43,359 nucleotides of DNA, taken from positions 1 through 43,359 of the forward strand of contig CAZMJP010000002.1 of NCBI GenBank assembly GCA_964566895.1, written 5' to 3'. The translations under genes were made by a program, and so were the position numbers. Position 1 is the stretch's first letter. The number at the start of each line of letters is the position of its first letter. Origin of the DNA: an uncultured Gammaproteobacteria bacterium (GTDB lineage Bacteria; Patescibacteriota; Patescibacteriia; UBA2591; UBA6264). Below, one piece after another: positions 17,194-26,302 of the stretch. Under the pieces are notes generated by a model. It had not been told where the DNA came from and searched no databases. It saw only the letters and a program-made list of their open reading frames with translations.

Positions 17194-20100
17194 TTATTTA
17201 TAATTTATTCTGACTTCCTCCAATATCGGCGTGTCTAAACCGTCGCCAATCAACTCAACTCGATACTGAAGCCATTGATTGTCGTTCAAATCTGAAGAAA
17301 TTAGCGATCCGTCGGCGTTGGTAAAATAAGACCCCGGGCCATCTACTCCAAACCAGTTTGTCCAAGGACTGGGCGACCCCCCTGAGTCGGGAGCAACCCT
17401 TATTTGCAACTTGATTTGACAAGATAAAGAACAAGCAGGTATATTTTCACCCCAATCTATAATTTGGACAGGAGAAATGTCGCCCATATTAAAGGCTGAA
17501 GAAATCAGATAGCCGTTTTGAACAAATAACGCTTCTCTGGTGAAGTGAATTATCGTCCCGTTATTGCCGACCGTCCAACCGTCGATTTCAGAAATCATCC
17601 CTACTGAATTAAGATTTCTGTTTGTCGGAGATGAAAAATCAGCCCAACCCCCGTCAAGCCATCTGTATATTTCTCCGCTGCTGCCCATTGCCCAGCCATC
17701 GTCGGCCGTGATAAAATAAACGCTTCGCCAATTAGTACTCCCGGTATCAATGAATTGAGTCCAGTTAGTCCCATTATAACGATATATTCTCCCGCTGTCG
17801 CCGACTAACCAGCCGTCGCCGGCCTCTAACATAAAAACAGAATTCCAAACCTGACTTCCGGTATCAACAAATTGATTCCAATCAGTTCCGTTATAGTGAT
17901 ATATTTTACCATCATTACCGACTAACCAGCCGTCGCTATCTGAAACCATATCTAATCCTCTCCAGTTCATCTTCCCCGTATCAGCAAATTCTGTCCAATC
18001 AACCCCGTTATAATGATAAATTTTGCCGCTTTCCCCGGCGGCCCAGCCATTGTCAGAAGACAACATATAAATAACATTTATATCTCGCCGTCCCAAATCA
18101 ACAAATTCAGACCAAGCCGAGCCGTTATAATGAAAAAATTTCCCGCTTTCCCCGCCCGCCCAACCGTCATCGGCCGCCGTCATTTCAACGGCATATAAAT
18201 CTTGTTCGCCCAAATCAATAAATTCGCTCCAATCATTACCGTCGTAGTGCAAAATTTCGCCACTATTGCCTACGGCCCAAATATCGGACGAAGAGACAAC
18301 GTCAATTCCGTTTAAATTTTTATCAGTCGGCGTATTGTAAACAATAGTAACATCAGCCAGCTCCGGCGTCTCAAGACCAGAATCCCCTTTTGTTAAAGTC
18401 GCGCGATACTGCAAATACTGACGACTGGGAGAAGAAATATAGGACGATTCCGGGTCGGTCAGCTCGCCGCTGAATGACGACCAACTGCCATCCGGAATCG
18501 GCGTATTGCCTGTTCTGGTAGCGATAGTTAAGTCTGAACCTGCCGGCAAAACTTCCGTCCAGTAAATCATCTCCCAACGGGTATTTATCTCCTCGCTGTT
18601 GAAAATCCGCGAGAAGAACACGCCCGATTCAGGATAAAAATCGCCATATTGGTAAATTCTTCCGTCGTCACCCATTACCCAACCACTATCGACGGAAGAG
18701 AAACAAATTGCCCGCCAGTCCATCCCTCCGTTGTCGACAAATTCACTCCAAGACGTTCCGTTATAGTGATATATTTTCCCGCTTTCGCCGGCGGCCCAAC
18801 CATCATTGGAAGACAACATCTGAACAACGTTTATGTCATTGCTGCCGAGGTCGGCAAACTCAGACCACATCCAGCCGTTATAATGAAAAAATTTCCCGCT
18901 ATCGCCGACGATCCAACCGTCATTGGGGAAGACCATATCAATATCATTCAAATCCTGAGAGCTAATTTCGTCAAGTTCCACCCAAAACGTCCCATTATAT
19001 TGGGCGATATTTCCTTTATCGCCGACGGCCCAGCCGTCATTGGCCGTTATCATAGCCACGGCTCTCCATATTTCTCCTCCAGTATCGGCAAACTGACTCC
19101 AATTAACACCATTATATTTATATATTTTCCCGCTGTCTCCCACAGCCCAGCCATTGTCAGAATAAACCATATCAATACCAAATAAATCATTGCTAAAATT
19201 GTATAATTGGGTCCAATTAAATCCATTGTAACGGTATATTTTGGCGCTTTCGCCCACAGCCCAACCATCGTTGGCTGAAATCATCTCAAGACCGTTTATA
19301 TCGTCGCTGCCCAAATCAGTAAATTCAGTCCAATTGCTTCCATTATAATGGAGTATCTCTCCGCCGCCAGCCGAAGCCCAAATATCATCAGCACTTAAAT
19401 AAGTTATATCGGTTATTTCGTTTGTCGTGGCACTCTGGCTGTCGTTATGCTCTGTCCAAAGGGTATCCTGCTCTAAAAAAACACCGGCGTCTTCTCCTGT
19501 CCCAACGACAACGGTGTTATTAAACTCTTCCCCGGCATTAAAATCAACATCTGTAATGTCTCTAAACTGTTCTCCTCCGGCTAAAATCCAAGAACCATCT
19601 CTGGCTTTAGCTAATCGGATTTCTCCCATCACGCTATAGTCAATATTATTGTCATCAGAATTATATTTGGTTTGATCCGACCAGATGTCCTGTCCTGGAC
19701 CGCCCACCCAATTAGTTTGAATCCACTCTTGCGAGTCCCAATTAGTTAAATAAGTTATCTTCTGAACGGAATTAATTATTCCCGGCCTAACTTCCCAGGT
19801 GACTGTGACAGTCACTTTTTTGCTGTGTAGGTCAGAATAAAGCCCGGGGCAAGCGGTAATCTCGTCTAAAATGTTCCGGCAAACATTTTCAAAAGTAATT
19901 GTTCGGGTATATTGATCTATTTTTTCCGCGGTTCCTTCGCCGGAGAAAATCCACTTTCCCTCATTTATCTCCACTCCGCTCTGATTATAAATAAATTCAT
20001 TCCAACCTCTGCCCCGAATCGACCGAACGGCCTCAACACCTTCCTGAGCCAACGCCTCGGCCTGAGTTTGTTCCCCTCCCTGCCCCAAAGCGTTAAAACC

Positions 20101-20220
20101 TCCTAAAGCCAGAGAAATCATTACAGCGCTAATCAAAGAAAAAATAGCCATAGCAATGACGAGTTCAAGGGTACTCTGGCTATGGCGAGAAAGACTTTTG
20201 AATGAATAAGATATACTCAT
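17194..20220 (-). CDS. Giant pilin-headed protein with two beta-propeller repeat blocks and two beta-sandwich modules; candidate pilus tip adhesin
   Basis: The N-terminus has a pilin-like helix with Glu (QSTLELVIAMAIFSLISAVM). There are 13-14 repeats of about 39 aa with consensus W.EF.D.G....n.v.m.s..DGWAvGdsGkIyhYNG. Two related modules end in QYLQYRATL...TPELADVTIVY and QWLQYRVEL...TPILEEVRINY. Confidence 0.85.
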   Translation of the reverse strand: MSISYSFKSLSRHSQSTLELVIAMAIFSLISAVMISLALGGFNALGQGGEQTQAEALAQEGVEAVRSIRGRGWNEFIYNQSGVEINEGKWIFSGEGTAEKIDQYTRTITFENVCRNILDEITACPGLYSDLHSKKVTVTVTWEVRPGIINSVQKITYLTNWDSQEWIQTNWVGGPGQDIWSDQTKYNSDDNNIDYSVMGEIRLAKARDGSWILAGGEQFRDITDVDFNAGEEFNNTVVVGTGEDAGVFLEQDTLWTEHNDSQSATTNEITDITYLSADDIWASAGGGEILHYNGSNWTEFTDLGSDDINGLEMISANDGWAVGESAKIYRYNGFNWTQLYNFSNDLFGIDMVYSDNGWAVGDSGKIYKYNGVNWSQFADTGGEIWRAVAMITANDGWAVGDKGNIAQYNGTFWVELDEISSQDLNDIDMVFPNDGWIVGDSGKFFHYNGWMWSEFADLGSNDINVVQMLSSNDGWAAGESGKIYHYNGTSWSEFVDNGGMDWRAICFSSVDSGWVMGDDGRIYQYGDFYPESGVFFSRIFNSEEINTRWEMIYWTEVLPAGSDLTIATRTGNTPIPDGSWSSFSGELTDPESSYISSPSRQYLQYRATLTKGDSGLETPELADVTIVYNTPTDKNLNGIDVVSSSDIWAVGNSGEILHYDGNDWSEFIDLGEQDLYAVEMTAADDGWAGGESGKFFHYNGSAWSEFVDLGRRDINVIYMLSSDNGWAAGESGKIYHYNGVDWTEFADTGKMNWRGLDMVSDSDGWLVGNDGKIYHYNGTDWNQFVDTGSQVWNSVFMLEAGDGWLVGDSGRIYRYNGTNWTQFIDTGSTNWRSVYFITADDGWAMGSSGEIYRWLDGGWADFSSPTNRNLNSVGMISEIDGWTVGNNGTIIHFTREALFVQNGYLISSAFNMGDISPVQIIDWGENIPACSLSCQIKLQIRVAPDSGGSPSPWTNWFGVDGPGSYFTNADGSLISSDLNDNQWLQYRVELIGDGLDTPILEEVRINYK
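17542..18315 (-). repeat. Intragenic tandem repeat block 2 (about 7 units of about 117 nt, propeller blades)
   Basis: Covers aa ~636-893. Units end in HYDG, HYNG, HYNG, HYNG, RYNG, RWLDG and IHF, and belong to the same repeat family as block 1. Confidence 0.8.
18646..19419 (-). repeat. Intragenic tandem repeat block 1 (about 7 units of about 117 nt, propeller blades)
   Basis: Covers aa ~268-525 of the 1008-aa protein. Seven successive units end in HYNG, RYNG, KYNG, QYNG, HYNG, HYNG and QYG. Confidence 0.8.
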
Positions 20221-20246
20221 TTTTCAATTCATTTTAATGTTGTCTC

Positions 20247-20729
20247 TCAATGACTTTCCTTTATTATCCCCAGGCTATTTATACTAATTGTTCTGTTACC
20301 GCTCGTTTCATGAGTTAAGATAATCGCGCCGGCATTGGGCAGACCCGCTCCCAAAGGCAGTCCAAACCCTTTGGAAAAATTAACATCATTATCAACTAAT
20401 GTCGTTGATATATGGAGAGAATCGTCTAAAGTTGTCTCTCTGTCATAGTTGCTCTCTCTCTCAGTATAAGAGGGTCCTTGATATAAAATGTATTTGTCAT
20501 TACCGGAGTTTATTTCAAAATAAACGCCGTGAGTCGCATCGTTTAGTCCGGCAACGCTGCGTCCTCGAGCTGTTCTTAAAATTTGAATAATTTGCGCCGA
20601 ACTCTCATTAAGCTGGCTCTCAACCTGTAAATTGCCGTAAATCGGTATCGCGGCCGTCGTTAGAATAACGATAATGGCGATAACAATAAGAAGTTCAATT
20701 AAAGTGAAAGATTGTCTTATTTTTGACAT
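20247..20729 (-). CDS. Minor pilin (GspH/FimT-like position), prepilin-type N-terminal domain
   Basis: RQSFTLIELLIVIAIIVILTTAA motif. Start is taken at the ATG at 20729. The gene ends at a TGA stop. Confidence 0.82.
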   Translation of the reverse strand: MSKIRQSFTLIELLIVIAIIVILTTAAIPIYGNLQVESQLNESSAQIIQILRTARGRSVAGLNDATHGVYFEINSGNDKYILYQGPSYTERESNYDRETTLDDSLHISTTLVDNDVNFSKGFGLPLGAGLPNAGAIILTHETSGNRTISINSLGIIKESH

Positions 20730-20749
20730 AAACAAAAGGTGGAGCGATA

Positions 20750-21844
20750 TTATCCTCCGATGTTCCCGGTAATATTGTAAATGGGAGTGATAATTGATAA
20801 AGCCAAGAAACCGACCACTAAACCGATAAAAATCAACAAAACCGGTTCAATGGCCGTTGATAAAGTCTTGGTCGAAGTATCAACCTCAGACTCATAAAAA
20901 TCGGCTAAATAAAACAGGACCTCCTCTAAACGTCCCGATCCTTCTCCAACCTTAATCATCTTAACCACTAAAGCGGGAAATATATCTTTGAAATAAATCA
21001 AATTATCCGAAAGTTTAATCCCTTTGCTAATCCGCTGGCCGGACTGAGACAGGGCCTTCCCATAGTAATAATTACTCATTGTTTGGGCGGTAATATTTAC
21101 TGCCTCGTCAAGATTGAGTCCGCTTTTTATTAAAGTGCCTAAAGTTCTGGAAAAACGAGCCAAATTGGTATGAATAACGAGTTTCTTAATAATCGGGAGT
21201 TTTAAAAAAAGCCAGTGAGTGACCGGTCGAACCCACCTTTGTCTGACCAGCCAAACCGTCAGAATAATCACGGCAATAAGCAAGATAAACAAAATTAATC
21301 CATGATCTTCGATAAAATGAGAAAACCAAATTAAAACCCGGGTTGTCACCGGCAAATCCGCTTTTAGTCCCTCAAATAAAGGGGTGATCTTGGGTAAAAT
21401 AACGAAAGAAAGAATTATCGCCAAAACAAAAGCCGCCACTAAAACGACAATTGGATAAAGCATCGCTCCTTTTATCTTTGAAATCAGCTCTCTTTCTTTT
21501 TCTAATTGTTTGGCGATATTCTCCAAATTTTCCTCTAATGTCCCGGAAGATTCCCCGGCTAAAGTAGCATTAATAAACAAACCGGAAAAAAATCTCTGAT
21601 AATCGCCCAACGAAGAAGAGAGCGAACGCCCGGCCCTGACTGATTTTAAAACACTTCTCAATACTCCTTTAAGTTTTCCTGTGGCCGAAGTCTCGACAAG
21701 ATTCAAGGCCTCGGTAATAGTCAAACCGGATTTTAACATCACGGCTAAATGCCTAGCCAAAAGCGCTTTTTGGGTTAGGGTTACGCCGCCAATGGCAATT
21801 TCTTTCTCCAAAACCCCCTTTTTTTGTTCGATTTGTTCAGACAT
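20750..21844 (-). CDS. pilC: Type IV pilus platform protein PilC (GspF family)
   Basis: 364 aa with two repeated GspF-type cytoplasmic domains and three transmembrane helices. The C-terminus (EPVLLIFIGLVVGFLALSIITPIY) is typical of the family. Confidence 0.9.
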   Translation of the reverse strand: MSEQIEQKKGVLEKEIAIGGVTLTQKALLARHLAVMLKSGLTITEALNLVETSATGKLKGVLRSVLKSVRAGRSLSSSLGDYQRFFSGLFINATLAGESSGTLEENLENIAKQLEKERELISKIKGAMLYPIVVLVAAFVLAIILSFVILPKITPLFEGLKADLPVTTRVLIWFSHFIEDHGLILFILLIAVIILTVWLVRQRWVRPVTHWLFLKLPIIKKLVIHTNLARFSRTLGTLIKSGLNLDEAVNITAQTMSNYYYGKALSQSGQRISKGIKLSDNLIYFKDIFPALVVKMIKVGEGSGRLEEVLFYLADFYESEVDTSTKTLSTAIEPVLLIFIGLVVGFLALSIITPIYNITGNIGG

Positions 21845-21849
21845 ATTTA

Positions 21850-23541
21850 CTATTCTCTAGTTACTCTTAGCACCTCTTCCAAGGTGGTGATTCCATTAAA
21901 AACTTTTTCTATCCCATCCTCTAACATCGTTGTCATCCCATTCTTAATCGCCACTTTCATCAACTGTTCGCTTGAAGAACGTCCAATGATCAAACTCCTA
22001 ATATCTTCACTCATTTCTAAAACCTCAAAAACCCCAATCCGACCGACATAGCCCGTGCGAGCGCAAACTTTGCAACCAAAACCCCGATAAAGAATAATTT
22101 TATTTAAATCCGTCTGCCCATTAGCTTTTAAAATCTCTATTAAACGCGGCTCTTTTTGAATAACTGCTTTTTCCTCATTAGTTAGTTTACAAGAGTACCG
22201 ACACTTCGGACAAATTTTTCTGACTAACCTCTGAGCAATGGCGACATTAACGGTCGAAGCGACCAAAAACGGCTGAACCCCCATATCTAATAATCTCGGC
22301 AAGGTTGTCGCCGCATCGTTGGTATGAAGAGTCGATAAAACTAAATGTCCGGTCAAAGCCGAATTGACGGCGATACCGGCTGTTTCTTTGTCTCTGATTT
22401 CTCCGACCATAATAATATCCGGGTCCTGACGAACAATGGCTCTCAACCCTTTGGCAAAAGTCAGATTGGTTCTGGGATTAACTTGAATCTGGCTTACTCC
22501 CTCTATATCATACTCAACCGGGTCTTCAATGGTTGAGATATGAACGTCGCGAGTATTTAAAATCTTTAAAACAGCGTAAAGGGTGGTCGTCTTCCCGCTG
22601 CCGGTCGGACCAGTAACTAAAATCATTCCATGAGGACGCCCAACAGCCCCTTTAATCTTTTCTAAATCAGAAGATAATAAACCTAAATCTGTCAAACTAA
22701 ACTGCCGGCTTTTAACTGACAAAAGCCGCATTACCACATTCTCCCCTTCAACCACCGGGATTATTGAAACCCTGACGTCAACCAGTCCGTCTTTAACGTT
22801 AAAACGAAATTTGCCGTCCTGAGCTGCCCGATGCTCATCGGTTCTCATTCTGGATAAAATTTTAATTCTGGTGATAACAGAATCCAATAAATCTTTTGGC
22901 AAAGATAAAACATCGTGCATGACGCCATCTATTCTAAAACGGACCACAATCTTGTTGATATACGGCTCAACATGAATATCCGACGCCTTATTTTGATAAC
23001 CGTACATCAAAATGGTATCAACCATTTTTACCATAATTTCGTCTCTTTGGGTTCCGCTTAGAGTTCTATTTTTGAATTGCTTTAAAATTTTATCAAATTC
23101 CTGCCTTAAAGAGGGTTGATAACTGAAAAGAGCCTCGCGTAAATCTAATTTGGTGATGAAATAAGGGAAAATTTTCTCCCCGGTCCGTTTCTCTATAAAA
23201 TGCTGTATCTCCAAATCGTCCGGATTCCTCATTCCGACTTTTATCCCCTCTTTAGACCTGGCAAAGGCAATTACGCCTTTGGATTCAGAGACTAACTCGG
23301 GAATTAAATTAAGCGTTTCCTCGTCTATCTTCTCTTGTTTAAGATTAACATAACGCCAACCCGCGTCTTCGGCAATTAATCTCCCCAATTGGTCATCTTT
23401 AATGACATCCCCTTCTATTAAAACGTCAGCCAAATTTTTCCCTTGCTTCTCGGCTTTTTTAACATTTGACTCAAAATCGTCCTCGCTGATATGACCGGGC
23501 TGAACCAAAAGTTCTTTTAGTTTTTTAACTGCTATTTGCAT
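21850..23541 (-). CDS. pilB: Type IV pilus assembly ATPase PilB (GspE family)
   Basis: Walker A (GPTGSGKTTTL), Asp box, Walker B (IIMVGEIRD) and His box (TGHLVLSTLHTND). The tetracysteine motif (CPKC...CKVC) and an N-terminal GspE-N domain are also present. Confidence 0.93.
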   Translation of the reverse strand: MQIAVKKLKELLVQPGHISEDDFESNVKKAEKQGKNLADVLIEGDVIKDDQLGRLIAEDAGWRYVNLKQEKIDEETLNLIPELVSESKGVIAFARSKEGIKVGMRNPDDLEIQHFIEKRTGEKIFPYFITKLDLREALFSYQPSLRQEFDKILKQFKNRTLSGTQRDEIMVKMVDTILMYGYQNKASDIHVEPYINKIVVRFRIDGVMHDVLSLPKDLLDSVITRIKILSRMRTDEHRAAQDGKFRFNVKDGLVDVRVSIIPVVEGENVVMRLLSVKSRQFSLTDLGLLSSDLEKIKGAVGRPHGMILVTGPTGSGKTTTLYAVLKILNTRDVHISTIEDPVEYDIEGVSQIQVNPRTNLTFAKGLRAIVRQDPDIIMVGEIRDKETAGIAVNSALTGHLVLSTLHTNDAATTLPRLLDMGVQPFLVASTVNVAIAQRLVRKICPKCRYSCKLTNEEKAVIQKEPRLIEILKANGQTDLNKIILYRGFGCKVCARTGYVGRIGVFEVLEMSEDIRSLIIGRSSSEQLMKVAIKNGMTTMLEDGIEKVFNGITTLEEVLRVTRE

Positions 23542-23568
23542 GGTCGCTAAATCGTTTAAACCCTCTCT

Positions 23569-23973
23569 CTACTCTTTTTTGGTCAGTTTAGCTATCTCTT
23601 TGCATCCTAAAAGCAAAAAAAGGTTTCCTAAAAGCCATAAACTTGGACCAATAACCGCCACCCAAATATCTTCCCTTAAATCAAAAACGCTGAAAGAAAA
23701 CCACAAAAAGCCAACTGTATAAATCATCATCACCACACAGGTGGCTATTCTTGAGAACGCTCTTTCCAAAACGCCGCCAGCCATAATCTTTGCGGCGCGA
23801 TAAAGATAATAAAAAGCAATTAAAGCGATAATAGCCGCCGCTATACTTATCGCCAACCCGACGACGTCAGCCGTGCTTATTGGTATTCCTAAAACATTAT
23901 AAAATTTCATAAACGCCTTGTTTAGTAAAAGTAGTCTACAAATCCATGCGGACGCCACGAATAATAGTCTCAT
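23569..23973 (-). CDS. Integral membrane protein, unknown function
   Basis: 134 aa with four hydrophobic helices. It lies between the receiver gene and pilB in the same orientation. Confidence 0.45.
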   Translation of the reverse strand: MRLLFVASAWICRLLLLNKAFMKFYNVLGIPISTADVVGLAISIAAAIIALIAFYYLYRAAKIMAGGVLERAFSRIATCVVMMIYTVGFLWFSFSVFDLREDIWVAVIGPSLWLLGNLFLLLGCKEIAKLTKKE

Positions 23974-24017
23974 CAGTAATTCGTCGCATCCGCATATTTA
24001 TCTGTAGATTCGGATTA

Positions 24018-24395
24018 TTATTTATTTAAAATATCTTTTATTTTTTCAATCACGTCTCTCATTGTGGCGTTGGATTTGACGATATAATCCACCGCCCCAA
24101 GCTCTTCGCTTTTTTTAATATCTGACTCTTGGCTTAAATTAGAAAGAACCATAATGGGCAGGTTTGATATCTTGTTTTGTTTTATTTCTTCCATAACTTC
24201 AAAACCGCTTTTAAGAGGCATAATCAAGTCGAGCAGGAGTAAGTCGGGTTTTTCCGATTTTATTTTTTCAACAGCTTCCCCCCCATTGCTGGCGACAATC
24301 ACCTCAAAACCAGCCTGACTTAATCCATCTTTATAAGCCCGACAAATAAACTGGTCGTCCTCAGCAAGTAAAATTTTCGGTTTCTCGTTAGACAT
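24018..24395 (-). CDS. Stand-alone response regulator receiver protein (CheY-like)
   Basis: 125 aa with the acidic pocket DD (LLAEDDQ), phospho-acceptor D (LLLLDLIMP) and conserved S/T and K (VLSNL, KS). There is no output domain. Confidence 0.88.
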   Translation of the reverse strand: MSNEKPKILLAEDDQFICRAYKDGLSQAGFEVIVASNGGEAVEKIKSEKPDLLLLDLIMPLKSGFEVMEEIKQNKISNLPIMVLSNLSQESDIKKSEELGAVDYIVKSNATMRDVIEKIKDILNK

Positions 24396-24538
24396 ATAAT
24401 AATATTATTGAATCTCCGCCCCCTCGCGAATTTAAACAATTAGATAATCAAAACTCATTTGTCTTATAAACACCCGTCTATCTTTAACCTCCAATCTTTG
24501 TATTATAACACATTTATTAGCATTAAAAAAGTAAATCG

Positions 24539-26299
24539 CTACATCTCTATCAGGACGTCAATACCGAGCAAACTCAATCCTTTTTTAATAACTTCAGCCA
24601 CGCTGGAGATTAAAACCAAGCGGGCGTTCTTTAGGTCGGATTCCGCTTTTAAAACCGGGTGCCGGTGATAAAATTCATTAAACGTCTGGGCTATCTTCAA
24701 TAAATATTGGCACAAATACGTAGGATTGTATATATTTTTTTCTAGATTGACTGAGCGTCGTAGAATATCGGGGTAAATAAACAATAACTTTAAGAGTTTA
24801 ATCTCTTCCTCATTCCCCAAAACTTTATAGTTCACCTTGTCGGAAAGTCCGCCGGTTAAACCGCTCTTTTTAAAAATGGACTGAATTCTAGCATAAGTAT
24901 ATTGAATATACGGACCAGTGTCCCCTTCAAAGGAAAGCGACGCCTGAGGGTCAAAATGAACGTCTTGCCCCGGAGTAAATTTAAGGAAAAAGAATTTCAA
25001 AGCGGCCAAAGCAATGACCTCAGCCCTTTTGGAAATTTCAATCGGGCTGAGGTTCGGAGTTCTTTTCAAAATCTCGCCTTTAGCCAACTGTTCCATCTCG
25101 GAGATAATGTCATCGGCGTCGATAACCTTACCCTCTCTTGATTTCATCTTCCCCTCGGGCAAGAAAACCATCCCATAACTAAGATGATGACAATTTCTAA
25201 CCCAATCAAAACCAAAGCTTTCTAAAATTTTAAACAAGGCTCTGAAATAGTAATCTTGTTCCGAAGCGACGACATAAATTGACTTATTCGGCTTAAACTG
25301 CTTGTGTTTCAGTTTAGCCAAACCGATATCCTGAGTGATGTAAACGCCGGTACCATTGGCTCTAAGCAACACTTTTTTATCCAAACCGTCTTTAGCCAAA
25401 TCAATTTCAATAGCCCCGTCTTCCCTCTTATAACATAACCCCTTTTTTAAGGCCTTTAAAATAATTTTTTTTCCTGAATTATAAATATCGCTTTCATAAT
25501 AAGTATAATCAAAATCAACACCTATTTTCTTATAAGTTTGATTTATCCCATCTATAGCCCACTTATTCATTTTTTGCCATAAGGCAATAGTCTGCGCATC
25601 CCCCTCCTCCCATTTTTCAACTAATTTCTGCGCTTTATCCAAAAGCCCGGGGTTCTTTTTCGCCTTTTGTTCAAACAAAACATAATACTTACCCACGAAA
25701 TGGTCTCCTTTTGTATTCTCCGTCTCCGGAGTTTTTTCTTCGCCCCATTTTTGATACGCCAACATTGACTTACAAATATGTATCCCCCTGTCGTTAATTA
25801 AATTAATCCTGGTCACTTTAAACCCGGCAGCGGAAAACAAATTTGACAATGCCCTTCCTAAAAAATCGTTTCGCAGATGGCCTAAATGTTGAGGTTTATT
25901 CGTGTTGGGAGCCGAATATTCAATTAAAACCTTCCTCCCTTTGCCAAAATTAACATTACCAAATTTATCTTTTTCCTTTAAAATCTCCCGACAAACTGTC
26001 TTAAACCAAGCTTGTTTATTAAGAAAGAAATTAAGATAAGGTCCGACATTTTCCGCTTTCTCCGCAATCTGTTTCAACTCCGGGCTCCAATAACTTTTTA
26101 TTTGGGCCGCTATTTTGTTAACTCCGCCCGGACCAGCAGACGGCCGTCCCAAATACTTGGCTATTTTAAAACAAGAAATGCTTAAATCGCCCATTTTTGG
26201 TTCCGGAGGAATCTCTATCTCAAAATCAAAATCGGAAGGCAAATTAAAAACCTTCCTGACAAAATCAACAATTTTCTTCTTGATGTCGGAGATAATCAT
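24539..26299 (-). CDS. argS: Arginine--tRNA ligase
   Basis: 586 aa. The class I HIGH region has ArgRS context (SAPNTNKPQHLGHLRNDFLGRAL), and the C-terminal anticodon-binding DALR domain ends in the typical ...GIDVLIEM. Confidence 0.92.
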   Translation of the reverse strand: MIISDIKKKIVDFVRKVFNLPSDFDFEIEIPPEPKMGDLSISCFKIAKYLGRPSAGPGGVNKIAAQIKSYWSPELKQIAEKAENVGPYLNFFLNKQAWFKTVCREILKEKDKFGNVNFGKGRKVLIEYSAPNTNKPQHLGHLRNDFLGRALSNLFSAAGFKVTRINLINDRGIHICKSMLAYQKWGEEKTPETENTKGDHFVGKYYVLFEQKAKKNPGLLDKAQKLVEKWEEGDAQTIALWQKMNKWAIDGINQTYKKIGVDFDYTYYESDIYNSGKKIILKALKKGLCYKREDGAIEIDLAKDGLDKKVLLRANGTGVYITQDIGLAKLKHKQFKPNKSIYVVASEQDYYFRALFKILESFGFDWVRNCHHLSYGMVFLPEGKMKSREGKVIDADDIISEMEQLAKGEILKRTPNLSPIEISKRAEVIALAALKFFFLKFTPGQDVHFDPQASLSFEGDTGPYIQYTYARIQSIFKKSGLTGGLSDKVNYKVLGNEEEIKLLKLLFIYPDILRRSVNLEKNIYNPTYLCQYLLKIAQTFNEFYHRHPVLKAESDLKNARLVLISSVAEVIKKGLSLLGIDVLIEM

Positions 26300-26302
26300 A
26301 CT

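Noticed and set aside
17995-19268. Several long ORFs antisense to, or out of frame with, the giant pilin-like gene (e.g. 18649-19185 + 178 aa, 18708-18965 +, 18013-18198 +, 19050-19268 -)
   Set aside because: They lie entirely inside the repetitive propeller-coding DNA and are repetitive themselves. Their composition is low-complexity and Pro/Arg/Ile-rich. They are explained by the periodic codon structure of the sense strand and are not independent genes.
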